From NCBI GenBank assembly GCA_022508565.1, contig JAFLUY010000008.1, positions 9,325 to 73,324 of the forward strand: DNA of 64,000 nt. Direction: 5' to 3'. Source of the stretch: Erysipelotrichales bacterium. GTDB taxonomy: Bacteria; Bacillota_I; Bacilli_A; RF39; UBA660. The stretch's first letter is position 1. Each line of letters begins with the position of its first letter. The position numbers and the translations under genes were made by a program. Positions 19,644-27,777 of the stretch are shown here, in pieces. The notes under the pieces are model-generated. The model was not told the origin of the DNA. It did not search any database and saw only the letters and a program-made list of their open reading frames with translations.

Positions 19644-20726
19644 ATGACAGATCAGGAACTAATAAAAAATATTCAAAAACATAAGAAAATACTTTGGGAA
19701 AAACATTTAACAAAAGAAGAATTAATCTATTTAGAAAATAGATTTGAAAAATTTAACTCATATGCAGAGTCTTATTATAGAATATTATATAAAATAGAAG
19801 AAATGCCAAAATGTCCAGTATGTAAAAAAACATTAAAATTTATTTCATTAGGCAGAGGCTATGTAAATTTCTGTTCTCATAAATGCGCAGCAAAACATAA
19901 TCAAGAGCATTATAGAGAAATTTGTTTAAAAAGATATGGAATTGATCATCCATTTAAAAGTAAAGAACTACAAGAAAAAATTCATTCGAAAGAAATGTCT
20001 GAATATCATAAAAAGAAGTCATTGGAAAAATGGGGTACTGAACATCCGATGCAATCTGAAAAATATAAAAAATATTTTAAAAAATGTATTGAGAAAAAAT
20101 ACGGAAATGGAGTAACTAATGTTTGGCAGGCTGAAGAAGTTAAAAAGAAATTAAAAAATACATGGTTAGAAAAATATGGGACATCCGTCCCTAGTAAATC
20201 AGAAGAAATAAAAGAAAAAATTAAACAAACAAATTTAGAAAGATACGGAGTAAGTTGCACATTGCAAATTCCTGAAATTAAAAGTCATACTAATACTCCA
20301 GAAGCTCAAAGAAAAATTCATGAATCTAAGAAAAGGAATGGTAGCTATGGATATTCTAAAAATGAGCTTGAAATTTTTAATAAATTAAAAGAAAAATTTC
20401 CAAAAATTATTTTTCAATATTTAGATATTAATAGATATCCATTTAAATGTGATTTTTATATTCCTGAATTAGATTTATTTATTGAATACCAAGGATATTG
20501 GACGCATGGACCTAAACCATATAATGATAATGATGAAGATTGCCTCAAATTTGTACAAAAATTAAATAATAAATATTTAGAAACTAATAAAAAATGTTAT
20601 TTAGATGCTGTTGAATCATATACTATAGGTGACGTAAATAAAAGAAAAGTAGCCCAAGAAAATAACTTGAACTACTTAGAATTTTTTAATATGAATGATT
20701 TTTATTATTGGTACAACAATCTTTAA
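19644..20726 (+). mobile_element. free-standing homing-endonuclease-like gene (Zn-finger + 5 x KYG repeats + Vsr/DUF559-like PD-(D/E)xK C-terminal domain)
   Basis: CPVCKK...FCSHKCA zinc-finger-like motif. Five tandem [KR][YW]G...QSxE...K repeats. The C-terminus SKNELEIFNKL...CDFYIPELDLFIEYQGYWTHG has a D...E-x-Q/K nuclease-like core. Its stop codon overlaps the stop of the convergent rimK-like gene. Confidence 0.45.
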
Positions 20727-22228
20727 AACATCTCTCCTTTAAGCATATCTTTTCTAGTAGGATTTATAATATATCCCATTTTAGACATCAAGTCACGATT
20801 TATAAGTACTGGAGTAGATTTCTTTCTGTTATCTACTAATGCAAATTCTGCATTTTTAAAACGTCTTGTACCAATTTTAATTTCATCAATCAATACAGTA
20901 TGGCGTTCTTCGCGTACTTGGCCAACCATTGGATTAGAAGATCCATGGCGTTTAAAAATATATTTTTCTCCATTAATTGTAGCCTCAATTTTATCTCCTT
21001 TTAATTCTACTTTATCACAACCAAGTGTACTTGATTTTGAGCCATTGCCGGTATCAAATTTAGCTTCTAAATCAAATTGTTTGTCTTCTATAAAGAATGT
21101 CATTTCTTCTCGGTATCCAATAGATTTAGGTTGCAATACTAATTCAGAAATATCATTAATCGCTTCTAAAAGAATTCCCATAAAATTTTCTCCGATGACT
21201 TCTGAAATACCATCTGTGCCAGGACTAGAATTCCATTCAAGCACTACATTGTCTCCTATTTCTGGATTTGAACCTTTTTTAAGAGGCATAATATCGACGG
21301 CACACCAAGGCATATTTGAAATTCTAGCAACTTTTAGTGCGATTTCTTCCTGTTCTTTTGTAAGTTCTACTTTTTCTGCGGAAGCTCCTAATGAAACATT
21401 TGATCTAAAATCTCCAGAAAGCTTCACCCTTTTCATACAAGCCAATATTTTTTGTTCGGTTCGATTAGTCAATACATGTACACGGATGTCTCCTCCATCT
21501 GCTTCTTCCTTCTTTTGCAAAAGTAATTCTAATTCCTCGTTGACTGCAAACATCGCTTGAAGCATCGCAAGAATGTTTTTATTGTTACACATAAATACTC
21601 CGGTACCTCCGTGTCCATCTAAAAGCTTTACAACATATTCTTGTTCTTTATTGTCTTCAGACCAATTATCATATATCATTTTTAATTTTTCTGATAAAGA
21701 TTCCATTCCTTTTTCAATATCGTCTTTTCCAAGAAGAGTAAATCTAGGTTGAGGAATTTCATATCGTTGCATCAATACAGCTGATTGATATTTGTTAGAA
21801 GCTCTTTTAGCAGATTGAATAGGATTAATCACAAATAATCCCCATTCTTGTAATTCTTTAATACATTCACAACACATTTCAGAATCTTGTGCTCCTAATC
21901 TAGCAATAACAATCGTATCTACATTAGATTCATCTTTAATCTTAATAGATTCTTTCTTATCCCAAATTTTAATCTCATTATTATTTGCTTCGTATGTAAC
22001 TTCTTCTGCCACAAATACTTTTAAAGCAACATGAGTATCTTTCAATATTTCTTTAAGATTTTCTAAAGTTTTATTTTTTTTGGGATCTCTTTCATTTGTA
22101 AAAAATAAGATTGTCGAAAAGAAATATTTATCATGAGAGTCTTTTGATCTATTTTTCATTTCTTGTTTTTCGAAAAGAACTTTAGACATCTCAGTTTGGT
22201 CTATTAAAAAATCACTAAAACGTTTCAT
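20723..22228 (-). CDS. rimK: RimK-type ATP-grasp (alpha-L-glutamate) ligase fused to a C-terminal RimB/PF05618-like retropepsin-type protease domain
   Basis: VVKLLDGHGGTGVF, GGDIRVHV, GDFRSNVSLGA and WNSSPG match E. coli RimK blocks (from memory). The C-terminal EAKFDTGNGSKSSTL...ALVDNRKKSTPVLINRDLM...IINP matches the AK-DTGA..SS...DR....L-GR pattern of the 'ATP-dependent zinc protease' domain. Confidence 0.75.
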   Translation of the reverse strand: MKRFSDFLIDQTEMSKVLFEKQEMKNRSKDSHDKYFFSTILFFTNERDPKKNKTLENLKEILKDTHVALKVFVAEEVTYEANNNEIKIWDKKESIKIKDESNVDTIVIARLGAQDSEMCCECIKELQEWGLFVINPIQSAKRASNKYQSAVLMQRYEIPQPRFTLLGKDDIEKGMESLSEKLKMIYDNWSEDNKEQEYVVKLLDGHGGTGVFMCNNKNILAMLQAMFAVNEELELLLQKKEEADGGDIRVHVLTNRTEQKILACMKRVKLSGDFRSNVSLGASAEKVELTKEQEEIALKVARISNMPWCAVDIMPLKKGSNPEIGDNVVLEWNSSPGTDGISEVIGENFMGILLEAINDISELVLQPKSIGYREEMTFFIEDKQFDLEAKFDTGNGSKSSTLGCDKVELKGDKIEATINGEKYIFKRHGSSNPMVGQVREERHTVLIDEIKIGTRRFKNAEFALVDNRKKSTPVLINRDLMSKMGYIINPTRKDMLKGEMF

Positions 22229-22324
22229 AAAAAATAATTAAAATTATATATAAAAATATGATTAGAACTTTGAAAAAATTTTAAAAAGTCCTATCATTAT
22301 AATGTAACACAAAATAAACGAATT

Positions 22325-22480
22325 ATGAAAGTTTTCAAAATCTCTACTCCATCTAATGAAATGATCTCTTATGGTTCTTTCTCTACTTCTCAAGCAAAGA
22401 AGAAAGCTAAAGAATTGTCTAAGATATTCGGAAAAGTTACATTATATAATGTAACTGAAAATAGAATTATGAATTATTAA
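22325..22480 (+). CDS. possible small ORF (51 aa), not in the ORF track
   Basis: Hand translation gives MKVFKISTPSNEMISYGSFSTSQAKKKAKELSKIFGKVTLYNVTENRIMNY*. It would be the first gene of a plus-strand block. Confidence 0.35.
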   Translation: MKVFKISTPSNEMISYGSFSTSQAKKKAKELSKIFGKVTLYNVTENRIMNY

Positions 22481-22574
22481 AAGTAAAATAAATAGTATTA
22501 TATTAAAAAGATAGTTAAAGGGATAATTAAATTTAGTTATCTCTTTTCTATTTTAATATTAAAGAAAATTTAAT

Positions 22575-23216
22575 ATGGATAAAGATAGAACATTTAAAAT
22601 TACCGAAATAGTAGACTTAGATAAAACTTCTTTTTATTCTTTAGTCAATTTGGATTTAAAAGAAGTTGGAGCAGTAATCATTAAAGATGGAGAAATCAAA
22701 ATGAATTTAAATAATGGAGAAAATACTTCCTTTAATGACGATTATGAATCTTTGTTAAGATATGTAAAACGAAATGGTTTATGTTTTGTAAAATTAGATG
22801 AAGAGTCTAGATGGGAAGAATTCAATCCAAATCCGCTTGGTAAAAAGGTTGATGATTGTTCAATTAGATCATATTGTGCTGCTAAAGGGATAGAATGGGA
22901 TACGGCTTTTGATTATGCTTGCGAAATAGCAGAAAAGGAAAAAGATATTATAAATTCAGGAACGGTTTGTCATAAAGTAGTTACAGAGAAACTTGGAATG
23001 AAACTTAATAAAGAGTCTAAAAAAGTAAAACCTAAAGACCGAATAACCGTTATGGAGTGGGCTTGTCTGCATAATTCAGGAACTTATATACTTGATTGTG
23101 GAAAACATTATTGTACAGTTTCTGAAGGCAAATATTATGATTCATGGAATTCAGGAAAACAAAAAGTAAAAGCTTTTTATGAATTTCCGGATGAATCTTA
23201 TGTACCGGAAGAATAA
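22575..23216 (+). CDS. hypothetical protein; the C-terminal half may be a papain-like Cys peptidase fold
   Basis: 213 aa. DDCSIRSYCAA (Cys95), GKHYCTV (His178) and YYDSWN (Asp189) are spaced like a Cys-His-Asp triad. Weak call. Confidence 0.55.
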   Translation: MDKDRTFKITEIVDLDKTSFYSLVNLDLKEVGAVIIKDGEIKMNLNNGENTSFNDDYESLLRYVKRNGLCFVKLDEESRWEEFNPNPLGKKVDDCSIRSYCAAKGIEWDTAFDYACEIAEKEKDIINSGTVCHKVVTEKLGMKLNKESKKVKPKDRITVMEWACLHNSGTYILDCGKHYCTVSEGKYYDSWNSGKQKVKAFYEFPDESYVPEE

Positions 23217-23229
23217 TTTTTAAAATCTT

Positions 23230-23553
23230 ATGTGGTGGATATTCAAAAAACTTAAAGAAATCAAAAATCTCGATTTTAAAGAATATCGAGAATTTAAAAT
23301 TACAAATGCTTCTAAAGAATATAAGAAGAAATATCGTAATAACAAAAATATCAAATATATAGCAAATGACATTGCTTTTGGATATGACGGTAGTGATGTA
23401 AGAAGAGAAGATAGAGTTTTATTGTATGATAAGAAAACTAATATGATGAGAATTGCAAAAGTAATGACAACTCCATTCGGAACATTACCTCCGGTATTTG
23501 ACGGAAATGAGACATTAGTAGACTACATTATAATAGCTAAAGAAATAAAATAA
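23230..23553 (+). CDS. hypothetical basic protein
   Basis: 107-aa ORF. Confidence 0.55.
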   Translation: MWWIFKKLKEIKNLDFKEYREFKITNASKEYKKKYRNNKNIKYIANDIAFGYDGSDVRREDRVLLYDKKTNMMRIAKVMTTPFGTLPPVFDGNETLVDYIIIAKEIK

Positions 23554-23601
23554 TTAATAAAGATTTCTATATTCAAACTATAAATTAATTTTATTATATA
23601 A

Positions 23602-24738
23602 ATGGAAAAAATAAATGTTTTTGATAAAACAAAAAATTTTTATAAAGTAGGTTGCAATTTTGATTTGGAATTAATTGATAAAATTGCGGAATTGAATGAA
23701 AAATACAAAGATAAAGCTAGGGTAGTTGAATTTTTTGGAAGTGATGCTACACATGAAGAGTTGACGGCAAGACCTGGTTGGAGACTTCCTGATATTTCAA
23801 AAGAGTATTTTGAAGAATATATTAAAAAAGCTAAAGAAAAGGGAATATTATTTAATTATACAATGAATTCTATTCAACCTTATGGTAGTAAGAATGAATT
23901 GTTGGCACATAAAAAAGAAGTACAAGAATTTGTTAAATGGCTAGAAAATATTGGAGTATACAGGATTACTATTGCTAATCCTATAATGGCTTTAATAATT
24001 AGAGAAGTATCAAATATCGAATTAGAAATGTCGTGTATTGGACATGTCGATACTGTTACCCAACTTAGATTCTATCATGAAGAATTAGGAATAAATAAAT
24101 TTTGTGTTTCGATTCTTAAAAATAGAAATAAGAAATGGCTAAAGAATGCCGCAAAATATGCTAATGAAAATAATATTATATTAGAACTTTTAGCAAATGA
24201 ATTTTGTTCAGTTGCCGGAATAGGTAAAAATGGCAGTCCATACGCAACCCATTGTGCTTTTAGAGATTCTTGTTATCTTTGTCATGCGATGAATCGTACA
24301 AAAGAAGATTCGATGTCATATAATAATTATCCGATGAATTATTGTATGTCAGCTAGAAATTCAACTCCTGAAGCTTGGCTTAGAACTCGTTGGATTCGTC
24401 CAGAAGATTTACATTATTATAATGAAATTGGAATAAATTATTTTAAAGTTAGTGGTAGAACCGGCACAACAGAATATCTAATAAGAATTATTGAAGCTTA
24501 TATGTCTGAAAATTTTGATGCTAATCTACTTGAACTTTGGAAACCTCTTGAAACTATATATAACGGAGTAAAAGAATCTTCTCATAAACATACAGTGAAT
24601 ATTCCAAATAAAAAACTCGATAAATTTTTGGATAAATGGTTTATAGGAGAAGGATGGGAATGTGCTGATGAACTTTGCGGAACTACTTGTACATATTGTG
24701 AAGAATTTGCAAAGTCTCATAATCTCTACGAGAATTGA
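23602..24738 (+). CDS. peptidase-U32-family-like protein (family of the O2-independent, prephenate-dependent hydroxylases RlhA/TrhP/UbiU-UbiV)
   Basis: The block order resembles a U32 TIM barrel: ARPGWRLPDISKEYFEEYIKKAKEKGILFNYTMNS, ENIGVYRITIANPIMALIIRE, IELEMSCIGHV, ELGINKFCVSILKNR, ILELLANEFCS...THCAFRDSCYLCH (4 Cys). A second Cys cluster, CADELCGTTCTYC, lies at the C-terminus. The PROSITE U32 signature is only partly matched. Confidence 0.5.
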   Translation: MEKINVFDKTKNFYKVGCNFDLELIDKIAELNEKYKDKARVVEFFGSDATHEELTARPGWRLPDISKEYFEEYIKKAKEKGILFNYTMNSIQPYGSKNELLAHKKEVQEFVKWLENIGVYRITIANPIMALIIREVSNIELEMSCIGHVDTVTQLRFYHEELGINKFCVSILKNRNKKWLKNAAKYANENNIILELLANEFCSVAGIGKNGSPYATHCAFRDSCYLCHAMNRTKEDSMSYNNYPMNYCMSARNSTPEAWLRTRWIRPEDLHYYNEIGINYFKVSGRTGTTEYLIRIIEAYMSENFDANLLELWKPLETIYNGVKESSHKHTVNIPNKKLDKFLDKWFIGEGWECADELCGTTCTYCEEFAKSHNLYEN

Positions 24739-24740
24739 TA

Positions 24741-24782
24741 TATTGCGAAGAATTTGCTAAAACCAATTTATTATATGAATGA
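24741..24782 (+). pseudogene. orphan duplicate of the 3' end of the U32-like gene (ghost C-terminus)
   Basis: tat tgc gaa gaa ttt gct aaa acc aat tta tta tat gaa tga encodes YCEEFAKTNLLYE*. The real gene ends YCEEFAKSHNLYEN*. Differences are mostly synonymous, and the copy is out of frame 2 nt after the real stop. Confidence 0.6.
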
Positions 24783-24802
24783 AAAATAAAAAATATTTTT
24801 AA

Positions 24803-24982
24803 ATGAAAGTAAAAGAAATTATTGAAAAATTATCTGAATTTGACGAAAATCAAGAAGTAAGAGTATTCGCTCAATGTAAGAATAAATCTTTGGGAATAAA
24901 TTATGTCTTACAATATAATACTGATGTAATGATATATTTAGATAAAGAAGACGAAAAAAATTTATTTAATATTAATCCTTAA
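24803..24982 (+). CDS. possible small ORF (59 aa), just under the ORF-track cutoff
   Basis: [59 protein letters not shown]. It ends 2 nt before infA. Confidence 0.45.
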   Translation: MKVKEIIEKLSEFDENQEVRVFAQCKNKSLGINYVLQYNTDVMIYLDKEDEKNLFNINP

Positions 24983-24984
24983 TT

Positions 24985-25206
24985 ATGGCAAAACAAGAAG
25001 CGATTACAGTTGATGGTGAGGTAATTGAAGCTCTTTCGAATTCAATGTTTAGAGTCGAAATTGATAATGGACATGAATTATTGTGCCATATATCTGGGAA
25101 AATCCGAATGAATAATATTCGTATCATGCCAGGAGATAGAGTTAAAGTAGAAATGAGTCCTTATGATTTATCAAAAGGAAGAATATCATATCGATATAAA
25201 CAATGA
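24985..25206 (+). CDS. infA: translation initiation factor IF-1
   Basis: Alignable over its full length with E. coli IF-1 (MFRVE..NGH....HISGK.R.N.IRI..GD.V.VE..PYDL.KGRI..R). 73 aa. Confidence 0.92.
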   Translation: MAKQEAITVDGEVIEALSNSMFRVEIDNGHELLCHISGKIRMNNIRIMPGDRVKVEMSPYDLSKGRISYRYKQ

Positions 25207-25227
25207 AATTAAATTTAATTATATAAA

Positions 25228-25794
25228 ATGGAAATTATACAAAATGATTTTTTCGAAGGAGTAATTGTTTTAGAGCCCGAAATACATGAAGATGAGAGAG
25301 GATATTTTTATGAAACTTGGCACAATTACCAATACAATACATATTTAGATCATCTTTATGGTAATTTTATACAAGATAATGAATCTTGCTCTAAAAAAGG
25401 AGTTTTTAGAGGTTTGCATTGGCAATTGCCTCCATTTGATCAAGCAAAATTAGTAAGGTGTGTTAAAGGGCATATTATTTCTTTTGTCGTTGATATGAGA
25501 TTGAATTCTGAAAGATGCGGACAGTATAAATATTTTGATTTAAGCGAAAAAAATAAACGTCAACTTTTTATACCAAGAGGTTTTGCTCATGGTTATTTAT
25601 CATTAGAAGATGATACCATAGTAAATTGTAAAGTTGATAATTATTATAATGATTATTGTGAAAGGTCTTTTAATGTAGCCGATTTACATTTAGAAAATCT
25701 TTTAAATAAATTTAATTTTAATATGGTTTTATCAGAAAAAGATGCCGAGGCTCCGATGATTAAAGATTTAGAAGAAACAGACTTTTTCTATTAA
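25228..25794 (+). CDS. rfbC: dTDP-4-dehydrorhamnose 3,5-epimerase-like cupin
   Basis: HEDERGYFYE, FRGLHWQ..P..QAKLVRCVKG.I...VVDMR and LFIPRGFAHGY motifs. Confidence 0.85.
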   Translation: MEIIQNDFFEGVIVLEPEIHEDERGYFYETWHNYQYNTYLDHLYGNFIQDNESCSKKGVFRGLHWQLPPFDQAKLVRCVKGHIISFVVDMRLNSERCGQYKYFDLSEKNKRQLFIPRGFAHGYLSLEDDTIVNCKVDNYYNDYCERSFNVADLHLENLLNKFNFNMVLSEKDAEAPMIKDLEETDFFY

Positions 25795-25920
25795 ATGAAA
25801 AATCTTGTAAAAATTATTATAGGAAATATTTTAACAATTTTTAGTTTATTCTTATTTATATCATTTTTAGTATCTTATGAAATTTATTATCAAATTTCTA
25901 AATTTTTAAAAAAGTTTTGA
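25795..25920 (+). CDS. possible 41-aa single-pass membrane peptide
   Basis: MKNLVKIIIGNILTIFSLFLFISFLVSYEIYYQISKFLKKF*. The ATG directly abuts the rfbC stop. Confidence 0.35.
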   Translation: MKNLVKIIIGNILTIFSLFLFISFLVSYEIYYQISKFLKKF

Positions 25921-25959
25921 AAAATAATATGAAAAGTTGATAATATTTCCATTTATCAA

Positions 25960-26706
25960 ATGAAAAAATTAATTATATTTCCTGACATCCATGGAAGAAA
26001 GTTCTGGAAAGAACCTTTTGAAACTTTTAAGAATAATGAAGATTATGGGTTCATTTTCTTAGGAGATTATATAGATGCGTACAAATTTGAAAATATTTCT
26101 GAAAATGATGCAATAGATAATTTTAAAGAAATATTAGATAATTGTATAAATCATCCAAGAACTACAATGTTAGTCGGTAATCATGATATTCATTATCTGC
26201 CACCATTGGATGAAGAATATGGATGTCGAAGATATGATAAATATAAAAAAGAAATTCAGAAGCTTTTCTTAAATAATATAGATAAATTTCGGGTTTGTCA
26301 TATTGAAAAGATTGGCGATACTAGATATGTTTTTTCTCATGCCGGATTTCTAAAATCTTGGATAGAACAAGCTAGTTACGGATTAAAGAATCTATCTATA
26401 ACATTAGATAATGTAAACGATTTATTGTATTCAGAAGATGGCCTGTTCGCGTTGTCGATGTATGGATATGAAAGAGGCGCAAGATCAAGATTCGCAGTTG
26501 GATCTTGTGTTTGGGCAGACATACAAGAGCACCTCGGAATATATGATAGATTCGAAAAAAATATTTATCAAATTTTTGCGCATAATCAAGCGTTTCCGTA
26601 CTTTGATGATTTCACACAATATTATATTTGTGAAGATTTCGCAATGTTAGATGCACAAAAACCATTTGTATTAGATTTAGAAAATGGAAAACTTAGTGAA
26701 TTATGA
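25960..26706 (+). CDS. calcineurin-like metallophosphoesterase
   Basis: The ordered motifs DIHG, GDYID, GNHD and SHAG are present. Confidence 0.8.
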   Translation: MKKLIIFPDIHGRKFWKEPFETFKNNEDYGFIFLGDYIDAYKFENISENDAIDNFKEILDNCINHPRTTMLVGNHDIHYLPPLDEEYGCRRYDKYKKEIQKLFLNNIDKFRVCHIEKIGDTRYVFSHAGFLKSWIEQASYGLKNLSITLDNVNDLLYSEDGLFALSMYGYERGARSRFAVGSCVWADIQEHLGIYDRFEKNIYQIFAHNQAFPYFDDFTQYYICEDFAMLDAQKPFVLDLENGKLSEL

Positions 26707-26737
26707 AATCTCACTAATTTAATACTATTATAATATC

Positions 26738-26908
26738 ATGAAAACTAATATTAAAATTGGAGTTTATTCTTATTCCGAAAGAGAATTGGCTCAAATAATT
26801 AGGAGAAAGATGGTTTCTAAAGACCATGGAAATAAACGTAAATATAATAGAAATTCAGAAAAGAGGAATTTTAAAAGAGATTCCTCTTATTTTTTATATG
26901 TAGCATAA
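26738..26908 (+). CDS. possible small basic ORF (56 aa)
   Basis: MKTNIKIGVYSYSERELAQIIRRKMVSKDHGNKRKYNRNSEKRNFKRDSSYFLYVA*. Confidence 0.3.
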   Translation: MKTNIKIGVYSYSERELAQIIRRKMVSKDHGNKRKYNRNSEKRNFKRDSSYFLYVA

Positions 26909-26921
26909 ATATTTTATATCA

Positions 26922-27206
26922 ATGGAAGAAATTAATATTTTAAGGAATAAGATCGATATATGTGATAAAAAAATTGTTGACTTAATATTCGACCGTCTAG
27001 AATTGTGTAAACAAATCGGGAAAATTAAAAAAGAAAACAATTTAAATGTTATTGATAATAATCGTTGGCAAAATATTATTGATAAAATAATAAAATTAGC
27101 AAAAAATAAAAGTAATAAAGAAACAGAGGAAGATTATGTCTATCTTATAATTAATATTTATAATTTGATACACGAAACAAGCTGTAATCTACAAAAGAAT
27201 GAATAA
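26922..27206 (+). CDS. chorismate mutase (AroQ class, CM_2-type)
   Basis: LRNKIDICDKKIVDLIFDRLELCKQIGKIKKEN...VIDNNRW matches the LR..ID..D..I..L...R......IG..K......D..R pattern. 94 aa, stand-alone. Confidence 0.8.
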   Translation: MEEINILRNKIDICDKKIVDLIFDRLELCKQIGKIKKENNLNVIDNNRWQNIIDKIIKLAKNKSNKETEEDYVYLIINIYNLIHETSCNLQKNE

Positions 27207-27777
27207 TAAATTAATTGTTATTGATGGTCAAGATCGGACAGGTAAAGACACTTTATTGAATGATATTATTAAGAATCATCCAGAAAATTATATAATATAT
27301 TATCAAACTACCTGTGATGATGCAAAAGTTGATTATCGAGATAAAGTAGCATTTACAAAACATCAGAAAAAACTTATTGAAAAAGTTTTTAACGATATTA
27401 AAAAATTAAAAGAAGAAAATCCAAATAAAAATATTGTGTGTATGAGACTTTGGATTTCTGATGAAGTTTATAGTGATATGTTTGATAGAGAGCATGTCAC
27501 CATTCAATATAAAGAGGAATTTGAAAAAATTTTTGGAAAAGAAAATATTTTATATTTTGTATTTCTTTGGAAATCTTTTAATGATTTTGTTTCCCGAATG
27601 CAAAATATAAAGGATAATCATGGACTAAATGAATATTCTGAAGAGGAATTCCAAAAAGTAAAAAAATTATTTGTGAAATATTCTGAAAAATATAGTACTA
27701 AAATTTACTATATTGAAAATGAAACTAGTCAAAGACAATTGTTTAATTATATAAATACTTATTTACATGATGAATAA
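27199..27777 (+). CDS. P-loop (d)NMP kinase-like protein (T4 gp1 / thymidylate-kinase-like)
   Basis: The P-loop IVIDGQDRTGKDTLLNDI resembles T4 gp1 FLSGVKRSGKDTTADFI (from memory) and Tmk EG.DG.GK.T. It overlaps the chorismate mutase gene by 8 nt. Confidence 0.5.
   Translation: MNNKLIVIDGQDRTGKDTLLNDIIKNHPENYIIYYQTTCDDAKVDYRDKVAFTKHQKKLIEKVFNDIKKLKEENPNKNIVCMRLWISDEVYSDMFDREHVTIQYKEEFEKIFGKENILYFVFLWKSFNDFVSRMQNIKDNHGLNEYSEEEFQKVKKLFVKYSEKYSTKIYYIENETSQRQLFNYINTYLHDE

Noticed and set aside
21045-21560. 171-aa plus-strand ORF, together with many 60-115-aa ORFs in the track that lie antisense to longer genes. Examples: 590..868, 1514..1705, 3743..3952, 4896..5090, 5135..5347, 6604..6831, 9728..10173, 11376..11844, 20006..20260, 24526..24720, 27838..28095, 29105..29898, 31342..31608, 33233..33562, 35091..35420, 37022..37285, 39009..39260, 39402..39650, 40271..40865, 42954..43163, 43554..44794, 50547..50738, 51231..51416, 52690..52935, 56374..56577, 61572..61880.
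   Set aside because: Each is fully embedded opposite (or out of frame with) a longer ORF that has recognisable motifs or protein-like composition. Their translations are low-complexity and rich in S, I, F and L, as expected from antisense reading of AT-rich coding DNA.
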